Below, one piece after another: positions 47,077-54,547 of a stretch of DNA of 54,547 bases. Source of the DNA: Candidatus Hadarchaeota archaeon (GTDB taxonomy: Archaea > CAYQAE01 > CAYVLA01). How positions within the stretch are numbered: the stretch's first letter is position 1; every line of letters starts with the position of its first letter. Location: NCBI GenBank assembly GCA_964621445.1, contig CAZUNO010000020.1, positions 1 through 54,547 of the forward strand. Reading direction: 5' to 3'. The notes beneath the pieces are model-generated. The model worked only from the letters and a program-made list of their open reading frames with translations, was not told the DNA's origin and made no database searches. The translations under genes and the position numbers were made by a program.

Positions 47077-48475
47077 CTAATTCGTGCGCTTACTGAGCCT
47101 AGTCTCCTCAACCTCTCGGTATAGCCTTCTCCTAACCATCAAGGTCCACACTATGTAGGACGAGGCGAGGAATGTGCCGGACACCACGAGCCACTCCGTC
47201 ACATAAACCCAGAGCAAGGCTCGGTCCTTGAACTCCAGGGCCTCCTCCACGAAAAGGTCTACGTCCTCTACGAGGCTCTCCATCACCACGCGTGACTCCT
47301 CCCACTCCTGAGCCATATACAGACGCCGACCCTCCTCCCAGCGATCCTGTAGGCCAGCCGCTCTCAATAGTAGGGGGTTGGTGTTGACCTCGAACTTCTC
47401 TATGAAGTCGACCATGGAGTACACGAAGGCCATGGCCTCGGCGAACTCCCCGAAAAGCTCCCTCAAATTATGAACCATAACCACATCAAGAGGCGGGTCC
47501 CTACCCGCACCATACATCACCAGACCAAAAAACGCTTCGTGACCATAAAGATAAGTACCAGCATACCTACCATGGCCAATATCTCCTGATGTGAAGAAGC
47601 TCATAAACGCGGGGTCTTCTATGCTCCAGGTGTAGCCCTCTCCGTACCTCCACCCCAGGATATGGGGGATCCAACCTGGCTTGGGGTACGCATACTCAGA
47701 GAAAGCATCCATTACTGTCCAGGAATAGATCTGTGATCCCTGCCTGGGAATCATGAGATTACCAGCCATCTGGGTATTGTAGGGGTGGTACCCCAACATG
47801 GTCAGATTTCTGTAGGGTCTTAGCACGGGGGGTAGGGATGGATTGTCGTTGATTATAATCCTTCCATTACCACTTCGCATCCATTCATCTTCAGCCAATA
47901 GCGCGTCAAAATCGTTTGGAAAAGCATCCGACAGACTTAACCCAGCCCACCTCTCAGGTCGCGATTTAGAAATCCCTCCCCACTCCCAAATCCCGTCTGT
48001 GCTAAGCCCATGTAGGGCTCCTAGTCCTTCTTCTTCTATCCCTCTCTTCATCATCTCGATCTGCCGCGATGTGAAGTAATCCCAATCCGTACGAGTCCCC
48101 CCCTCCCCCCGGGAACGTTAGTAGGAGGATGAATTCGTAGTTCCCGGTCAGATCCCGGTAGTTCCGGGGGAAGTACCTACGGATGAATCTACGGACCTCG
48201 CGGTGACTCCACTCGGGATGGTGACCCCAATGAGTACCAGAGTATCTCTCTGAGGGTATATAGGTCACCTCAAACATAGGCTCCTTACGAAGCCTCTGCT
48301 GGTACCAGGATATACCATGGAAGGGGGTGAGGCATAGCACCTCTATAGGGTCGTCTCTGCATATAGCCGGGGTTAGGGGGCAGACCGCTAGAACGAGAAC
48401 CATGAATACCAGAACCCTCTCCAGATGGATCGGGGTTGCTGGGCCATATCTCGATCTAGGGCCTATCCCCATCAA
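47077..48475 (-). pseudogene. 'YFPR/EWLV' family copy 5, split by a frameshift in a poly-G tract
   Basis: 5' ORF 48002..48475 has a signal peptide and RRFIRRYFPRNY. 3' ORF 47077..48054 has DAFPND, IPRQGS, WRYGEG, DFIEKFEVNT and KDRALLWVYVTEWLVVSG...RRRLYREV. Removing one G from 48097-48110 joins them. Confidence 0.85.
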
Positions 48476-48735
48476 TCCCCCTCACCTGCGGTGTCTAGGT
48501 TATCAGGTTTACGTTTTTGGTGTGTCCTGTTCTGGATTTTCCGCCAGATGAAAAGAGCGCTCCTCGAAACATCGAGGTTATTAGCGATCTCTGTCCAGGT
48601 CAAGCCCTCTCTGTGCATTCTTCTGGCTCTGGGTAAGATCTCTCTAGCTATCGATGATAACGACCGGTAGGGAAAACTTCTGTCACTCAACTCCAGACAC
48701 ACATCCCAACTAACATACCCTGCAAACCCGGTCAC
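48472..48735 (-). CDS. Small helix-turn-helix protein
   Basis: ARRMHREGLTWTEIANNLDVSRSALFIWRK; its stop overlaps the start of copy 5 (TGATG). Confidence 0.6.
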   Translation of the reverse strand: MTGFAGYVSWDVCLELSDRSFPYRSLSSIAREILPRARRMHREGLTWTEIANNLDVSRSALFIWRKIQNRTHQKRKPDNLDTAGEGD

Positions 48736-48778
48736 CTTAGAAAAAAAGACCCAGCCTCCTCCCTCTTAATGCTACCGA

Positions 48779-48798
48779 TTGATTCAAATTTGAATCAA
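48779..48798. promoter_or_regulatory. Perfect 20-bp palindrome, candidate operator
   Basis: TTGATTCAAA|TTTGAATCAA, about 44 bp upstream of the HTH gene start. Confidence 0.55.
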
Positions 48799-48924
48799 AG
48801 AAATTCAGCCTGCGCAACCTCCTGTGAACCGCCCTCAACGCTTTGAGTAGGGTGTCTGTGCAGTGTTTGGGGGTAGAACAGTTTATTAAGTTCGGTTCAG
48901 GGCCATACCTGAATCACTCTAAAG

Positions 48925-49593
48925 ATGTCTAAACACTTCGCACTATCGGGGGCAGCCACCATCACGGCCGAGCTAGGTGACCCCCACCGTTTCCAGGATG
49001 GGAAAGCTCTCTCATCCTACTTCGGACTCGTACCCTCCGTGGAACAATCAGGCCCCAAAACAGTCTTGGGGAGAATCACCAAGAGAGGATCACCCCACAT
49101 GCGCAGAATCCTTTGCCAGGTAAAGCCATAGTCGCTCTCGCTAGGAAGATACTGGTCATATCCTGGGTCATGCTCAGGGACAACACCACCTTCCAAGACC
49201 CTGACAACCAGACCCGTCAACGCACGTTACTGCATAGACATAAGCTCCAGGCGATGAAGGAAAGAGCCCAACAATCCGCCAATACCATCTCTATCTGGGA
49301 AGCCATCCACACCTATCCACGGACCAAAAACTCAGAACCGAGCTAGGACTAATCACAAACAAACCTACGACACATAAACCTGTCTGACAACAGGGGCCCG
49401 AGGAAAGCCAACCACCGATCTGCCTAGTTCCACTCAACACAAAGACCGTGACACTGGTCATAAACCCCACCAGACCAATATCCCCTTGAACCAGGAAAAA
49501 CCTGCACCTCTACACAAAAACCTTAAATCCCACCACACAGAACAAAAACCAACCGCTCCCCCCACCCAATCTAGCGACTACTTTTCATAGGAG
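48925..49593 (+). mobile_element. IS110-family element remnant (truncated, internally deleted transposase plus downstream non-coding end)
   Basis: AATITAELGDPHRFQDGKALSSYFGLVPSVEQSG...GRITKRGSPHMRRILCQ, then in another frame KAIVALARKILVISWVML. The RuvC-like DEDD half is absent. The right end is placed tentatively at CTTTTCATAGGAG. Confidence 0.85.
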
Positions 49594-50188
49594 TTAACGC
49601 CCTATATTTGGGTCGAAGTGACGACGTCACCGCGAACCATATCCGGATCAAGGAGCTGCCCGAGACAGCCCACGAACTCCTATCATCGCCAGAGGAGAAG
49701 AGGAAAGCCCAGGACAGGATCGACCGGGTGGCTGATGCCTGGGCGGATGGCTAGTTCTTTCGGTGTAGGAGTGCTGGTAGTAGGATGAGGCTGAAGATAG
49801 AAAATAGACTAGACTCGGGAATTTTGCTACCTTATCAATTACCCTCTGTAGGACTCTTGGCAAAGGTGCTTATCAGCAGGATGGCAGAAATTCTGGTCAA
49901 TATAGATCAGATCGGGCAATATCGAGGCGATCGATACCTCGTCCACTGCTTTCAAGGCGGGCTGCCATTAATACATTATGGTCTTCCGCTGCTATCCGAA
50001 AATCAATATTGCCACCTTCAACTACTGTAGGGTCGTTACTGGGTTGTGCTGAGATTATCTGTGGAGCAAGATTTTCTTGGGGCTTGCTGTGAGATTGCGT
50101 CCAGTTCTCATGAGGGCCTGATGATATACTCGTTTCTTCGTCAACTATGAAGAGTATCCTTTCTTTGGTTTCTAAATTGGGGGAAGAA

Positions 50189-51517
50189 TCACTGACCGTT
50201 TTTGTTAAGATGTGGTTTGGGGGTTTGAGGTTCGAAGATCGAAATTCCTGCGAATCTTCTCTGTGAATCAGCTACGAATATCCTGCCACTTTGGGTTACT
50301 GCAGCTCCTTTTGCACCTAGCTTGCGTTCTATCTGGCTTGGTAGCTTGAATCTGGTGATGAAATCACCGCTATTATTATACTTATCGATGGTGTTTATCC
50401 GGTGTTTTCTGGTATTTCGTGCCATTAGGTAGACATTACCCCATTGATCTGATGTCATGTCATGGTATAGATAGTCACCGTGCATTCTCTCTCCATCTAT
50501 ACTTTGGTTAGCAAAAGAATAGAGGAAATCGCCTTCCATTGTGAATTTTTGACAACGCCCATCGTACTCTACAACGATTAGATCTCCGTTTGGATCAATA
50601 GCTAGGCCATGTGGCGCTTGAAACTCTCCGTTGTTGGAACCTCTTTGACCCCAATGTCGTAAATGTTCCCCAATAGAATTATAGATAACAACACGTTCAT
50701 TATCGACATCGGCAACTGCCACAGTTCCCTCGGGACCCAAGGCTATTGCATGAGGACGCCTTAACTCACCCTGCCCGGAACCTTTTTTTCCCCACTTCCT
50801 TAGGAATTGTCCTTTCGGTGAAAAAACTTGTATACAGTGGGATGTGCCATCCGCTACATATATTTCCCCTGACTCGGCGACAGCCATATTCCTAGGGCCA
50901 CGAAAAGTCCCTGGTTCTTTGCCAGGCCCGAGACCAATTTCCCCAAGATAGTCACCCTGTGGTGTATAGCGATAGACTCTTGAGAGAAAGGAGTCACAAA
51001 TCAACAGGTTTCCAGTTGGTTCGAAACAGATTGCGTGAGCTTGCCTCAATTCCCCCGAGGTCTCATTACTATGCTCACCTTTTTTGTTCCAACAACCAAC
51101 AAACGAGTACTCGGGGCTCTGTTCACCTATAATTACAGTCGCCCAAGCATACAAAGGGTGATTCCTACCAATTTTAGGCTGGATACAAAACTCCACTTGT
51201 TCTGGATTAACAGGTGCCTTGTATTTACCTTTACGGTCTATAGTGCCAACCTTTCTGCTACCGCCTATCCTATCATTAATCATCCACTTTACTGAGGATG
51301 GTTTGCCTACATTAATAGAAAAATGCTGACTGGACCCAGGATCCAGGTGCACCAAACTTGGCGTAATATTCAATCTTACCTTATTCAAGAAGATCAGCCA
51401 GTCAACATTATAGGAACCCATTCTGTCTGACGAACATGGATTCGCTGCATATGACATGCTGATTCCAGTAATCTCATGTTGTACCACCAGGTCGAAATCC
51501 TGACTTAATGCATTCAT
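50189..51517 (-). CDS. NHL-repeat beta-propeller protein with an N-terminal Ig-like domain
   Basis: Repeats FRGPRNMAV, LRRPHAIAL, FQAPHGLAID with WG..GS..GE; VKW...GTIDRKGKYKAP Ig-like segment. Start uncertain. Confidence 0.85.
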   Translation of the reverse strand: MNALSQDFDLVVQHEITGISMSYAANPCSSDRMGSYNVDWLIFLNKVRLNITPSLVHLDPGSSQHFSINVGKPSSVKWMINDRIGGSRKVGTIDRKGKYKAPVNPEQVEFCIQPKIGRNHPLYAWATVIIGEQSPEYSFVGCWNKKGEHSNETSGELRQAHAICFEPTGNLLICDSFLSRVYRYTPQGDYLGEIGLGPGKEPGTFRGPRNMAVAESGEIYVADGTSHCIQVFSPKGQFLRKWGKKGSGQGELRRPHAIALGPEGTVAVADVDNERVVIYNSIGEHLRHWGQRGSNNGEFQAPHGLAIDPNGDLIVVEYDGRCQKFTMEGDFLYSFANQSIDGERMHGDYLYHDMTSDQWGNVYLMARNTRKHRINTIDKYNNSGDFITRFKLPSQIERKLGAKGAAVTQSGRIFVADSQRRFAGISIFEPQTPKPHLNKNGQ

Positions 51518-51571
51518 GCCCCCCAGAATTAACGAGTTATATGATGCTTGTTTAAACAGTTATTAAAGACT

Positions 51572-51593
51572 TGTTCGAAACCAGTTTCGAACA
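51572..51593. promoter_or_regulatory. Inverted repeat (10-bp arms) in a divergent intergenic region
   Basis: TGTTCGAAAC-CA-GTTTCGAACA. Confidence 0.5.
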
Positions 51594-51666
51594 TCCTTTT
51601 TTATGCTGTTCTACCCATTTCGTTGTAGTCTTAGAACAATTATGTTCTGACAATGGAGGTAAAAGA

Positions 51667-52728
51667 ATGGGAGAAATAACCGAAGGTGGTACAATAAAGT
51701 ATATTGGGGCTTTCTACCCCCAAGAACAAGACAGTATTGACTACAACAATTTATGGAAAGTGTGCGCAGAGGATTTGAATGTGGTTCTGGCAAGCCATAA
51801 AAACTTCGCTAATTCAACATTCGTGGAGAAGGTAGTCACCCAGTTCACGAATAACTACCAAAGCAGAGTTGCGTTGTGCTGGGATGCATGCTATGCCCTT
51901 AATAGAGCTCTTTATGATGGTAATAAAGATTTGACAGATGACAAGTTACAAACTGCGATGGAAAAGGTCGCTGATGAGATAGATGGAATGACTGGGATAA
52001 ACAAGGAACAGTATTGGTACGATATAAACTGGGGAGGATTTGTAGCCGATGAACCAATAGCCCGAGATCATGATACGGATCAAAACATAGATGAACGAAT
52101 AGAATTGAAATGCAAAGCAGTACAGGATGCATTTGAAACTGTATCCACTAATTATTGTTGGGATTCAGATATTCCAACATTGAGAAAGATGGTGGTGCTT
52201 CACCGTGAAGATGGTGGTGATGCTTGGGAGGATGCTGGAGGAGACCAAGAATTCCGTGACCGGGCTCCGGACTGGAAGGACTGGGCCAGTAAATACGATG
52301 TGAATGTATGGGGTATGGACCCATACATAGATAGGGTAACAAGTCCATCTCCTGGATATACAGACGATGATGCTATCATTGAAGCAGATAGAGATTACTT
52401 TTACGATGAACTAGTGAACTGTCTATCGCTTGAAAGCGCGGATACCCATTTCCTAGCTATGGTTGGTAAGGCGTTCCTTTCAAAAGACCCTCAACAAGAA
52501 AAAACTTATGATTGGTTAACACAGACTCAAACAGAGTATTACTATGACGATATTCAGGGATATTCTAGTACTCATCAAGTGGATTGGGAGGACCAGTTCA
52601 TAACTCTATTCTGGTGGGCATACACCACAGATGCAATAAAAATCGACCCTAAAGTCGAATCGGGATACGAAGATGGCTCGGCTGTGAAAGGGTATATAGA
52701 GGGAATCTCTGACGATGAGTTTTGCTGA
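51667..52728 (+). CDS. Acidic hypothetical protein, possibly TIM-barrel hydrolase-like, visibly lower GC
   Basis: GGAGG RBS at 51655 before ATG 51667; Asp/Glu-rich; GFVADEP, MDPY and FWWAY motifs. Confidence 0.7.
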   Translation: MGEITEGGTIKYIGAFYPQEQDSIDYNNLWKVCAEDLNVVLASHKNFANSTFVEKVVTQFTNNYQSRVALCWDACYALNRALYDGNKDLTDDKLQTAMEKVADEIDGMTGINKEQYWYDINWGGFVADEPIARDHDTDQNIDERIELKCKAVQDAFETVSTNYCWDSDIPTLRKMVVLHREDGGDAWEDAGGDQEFRDRAPDWKDWASKYDVNVWGMDPYIDRVTSPSPGYTDDDAIIEADRDYFYDELVNCLSLESADTHFLAMVGKAFLSKDPQQEKTYDWLTQTQTEYYYDDIQGYSSTHQVDWEDQFITLFWWAYTTDAIKIDPKVESGYEDGSAVKGYIEGISDDEFC

Positions 52729-52817
52729 AAATCGAGCCCCAGTCCGAATAGTAATGTTTTAAACGCATGACCATCTTACTAATTTCCATCTTGGTATGAT
52801 GGTTATCGCCTTGGGCT

Positions 52818-54065
52818 TTGCATGGGGTGGATTTGACTGGGAACGGAGAGATTGGATTGGCATTAAATTACCGAGCAGTGTTCCTGTTATCCCTATTGCT
52901 GCTTTCAGCACTCCCCCAGTTGGGAGTTGCTAGGATTACGCCTAATTGCAGGGATCTCGGGAAGATAAAGGGTTTGGATCTGGTTGGGGATGTTGACGAG
53001 TTTGATGTGGGGAAGGATAGCCATGGAAGTATCGTCGTTGTGTATTCACAAGAAAGGGAGTCGGGAGGCATCAATATATCGTTGGCCAGGATGGAGGATA
53101 ACGGGTGGACCTACATTCCGGTGGCCCTTGATCTTCCCTCGAATTACTCTACCTCTATAACCTTTATGGAGGATTCGAGGGGTGTCTACTGGATCGGTTA
53201 TTCAACCTTCAAGGTATTGTCCCGTCCAAGATCAGACACCTCGGAATTGAATACCACTATTTGGCTGACCATGAGCCCGGATCGAGGGGCGTCGTGGAGT
53301 AGTCCTTTTCGTGCCGTTAGATACACCAGCTTGCACGAGTATAATTTCGGTATCTGGGATCTCTCTTTGGTGGAGGATGTGTATGGGGGTATGTGGCTGG
53401 TGTGGAACCATGTCTACAGGCGTAACGAGGACACGTATTACTCTAAGTCGGATGACATGGGTTCCAGTTGGACCGAGGCCAGAATTTTTAGCTCCGAGAT
53501 TAAGTACTATGAGGGATTTTTCACAGATCATCTGGGTAATCTTCACATTATCTTCGGGGATTTGGAATACCTGGGGAGGGTAAGGCTTGTCCAGCTTGTT
53601 TCGACTAGCTTCGGGGAGAGTATTACCTGGGACTTTTCAAATCCTATTAGGTCGCTTACGGGGATCGAAGCTCTGACGAGCAGTGTCGGGTATGCCGGGC
53701 TGTTCTCGGAGACGGGAGAGAACTCCACCCGAGTGTGGATTGCGTGGATTGATAGCCTTCTGGAGGGTTCAGGTGACAGTTGGAATCGGAACAAAGATCT
53801 CCTTGTGCTGGCCCACAGCCAGGACGCGGGGTCGACCTGGCAACTCTACGGTTACCTGACTGTACCTAGCACCGGAAACCCCGGGGACGAGTACATCGCT
53901 GTCCCAAGGGATGAGGAGAATGGAACCGAGGTCTATGTTATCTGGCTATCCTACGAACAGAAGCTCCTCTCCTACACATCCATATCTAGGGTAGCTGAAC
54001 CTTCACTGATATCCGCTATGGTAATTCTAATGGTCCTAGTAAGTAGATGGCTCTATCGGTACTGA
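52818..54065 (+). CDS. Secreted BNR/sialidase-like propeller protein with a C-terminal membrane anchor
   Basis: Signal peptide; Asp boxes SPDRGASW, SDDMGSSW, SQDAGSTW; C-terminal RVAE + TM + RWLYRY. Confidence 0.78.
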   Translation: MHGVDLTGNGEIGLALNYRAVFLLSLLLLSALPQLGVARITPNCRDLGKIKGLDLVGDVDEFDVGKDSHGSIVVVYSQERESGGINISLARMEDNGWTYIPVALDLPSNYSTSITFMEDSRGVYWIGYSTFKVLSRPRSDTSELNTTIWLTMSPDRGASWSSPFRAVRYTSLHEYNFGIWDLSLVEDVYGGMWLVWNHVYRRNEDTYYSKSDDMGSSWTEARIFSSEIKYYEGFFTDHLGNLHIIFGDLEYLGRVRLVQLVSTSFGESITWDFSNPIRSLTGIEALTSSVGYAGLFSETGENSTRVWIAWIDSLLEGSGDSWNRNKDLLVLAHSQDAGSTWQLYGYLTVPSTGNPGDEYIAVPRDEENGTEVYVIWLSYEQKLLSYTSISRVAEPSLISAMVILMVLVSRWLYRY

Positions 54066-54086
54066 TATCCGCTAAGCTTTGGACTA

Positions 54087-54140
54087 CTCTCTCCATCTAA
54101 AATTTGGTTAGTAAAAGAATAGAGGAAATCACCTTCCATT
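54087..54140 (+). repeat. 54-bp direct copy of 50487..50540 (inside the NHL gene)
   Basis: 50 of 54 bases identical by eye; offset exactly 3600 bp. Confidence 0.9.
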
Positions 54141-54145
54141 ACTAA

Positions 54146-54470
54146 TAATTCAACATTCGTGGAGAAGGTAGTCACCCAGTTCACGAATAACTACCAAAGC
54201 AGAGTTGCGTTGTGCTGGGATGCATGCTATGCCCTTAATAGAGCTCTTTATGATGGTAATAAAGATTTGACAGATGACAAGTTACAAACTGCGATGGAAA
54301 AGGTCGCTGATGAGATAGATGGAATGACTGGGATAAACAAGGAACAGTATTGGTACGATATAAACTGGGGAGGATTTGTAGCCGATGAACCAATAGCCCG
54401 AGATCATGATACGGATCAAAACACAGATGAACGAATAGAATTGAAATGCAAAGCAGTACAGGATGCATTT
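54146..54470 (+). repeat. 325-bp direct copy of 51810..52134 (internal fragment of the 51667 gene)
   Basis: One mismatch seen (52088 T vs 54424 C); the ORF track shows the same 77-aa shadow ORF at both sites. Confidence 0.95.
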
Positions 54471-54547
54471 AAGGCTCGGGAATGGGATATGCCAGGGCTG
54501 CTTTTTAAGTTTCCCTACCGTCAACCTGGGCATATCGCGCGCGAAAT

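Noticed and set aside
51633-51648. Gram-positive LexA (Cheo) box
   Set aside because: The spacing is GAAC-N6-GTTC rather than N4, and the context appears archaeal.
50487-54140. 54-bp repeat pair as a DGR template/variable repeat (3 of 4 mismatches are A in the copy on the + strand)
   Set aside because: The target gene is on the minus strand, where the copy has T, T, A, T at those sites. No reverse transcriptase is in the window, and the repeat is better explained by the adjacent duplication.
1-54547. CRISPR array, tRNA/rRNA, prophage or defence system
   Set aside because: No regularly spaced repeats, cloverleaf/rRNA signatures, viral hallmark genes or defence domains were recognised by eye.

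Overview
This is a gene-dense window, most likely from an uncultured archaeon: TATA-like boxes lie about 25-45 nt upstream of many starts, some genes have GGAGG(TGA) RBSs, and several end in T-tracts. Positions 1-45.7 kb hold mainly carbohydrate and sulfur-sugar catabolic genes (BNR/sialidase-like propellers, an FGE+BNR fusion, a YetA/RG-lyase-like protein, an atypical PfkA, an enolase-superfamily enzyme, an arylsulfotransferase, sugar isomerases including an SqvD/SftI-like one, a Gfo/Idh/MocA oxidoreductase), plus msrB, a B12 radical SAM enzyme, a four-gene ABC exporter, a DMT transporter and surface proteins. The most striking structure is a dispersed family of five ~410-460 aa single-pass membrane proteins (signal peptide, GATase-like domain with RxYFPR, helical stalk, and a conserved 'ALxWxYxxEWLV...LW.LM..RRLYREV' TM and tail). 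One copy is frameshifted at a G6-A-G7 tract and follows an HTH gene with a perfect 20-bp palindrome upstream. A second paralogous pair and other surface proteins end in an xxE+TM motif resembling a sorting signal. Positions 45.7-54.5 kb are a plasticity zone with two IS remnants, an orphan Cys-rich RiPP-like peptide behind a structured leader, lower-GC genes and a recent partial duplication. I recognised no rRNA, tRNA, CRISPR array or reverse transcriptase. All product calls come from motif recognition by eye, not database searches.
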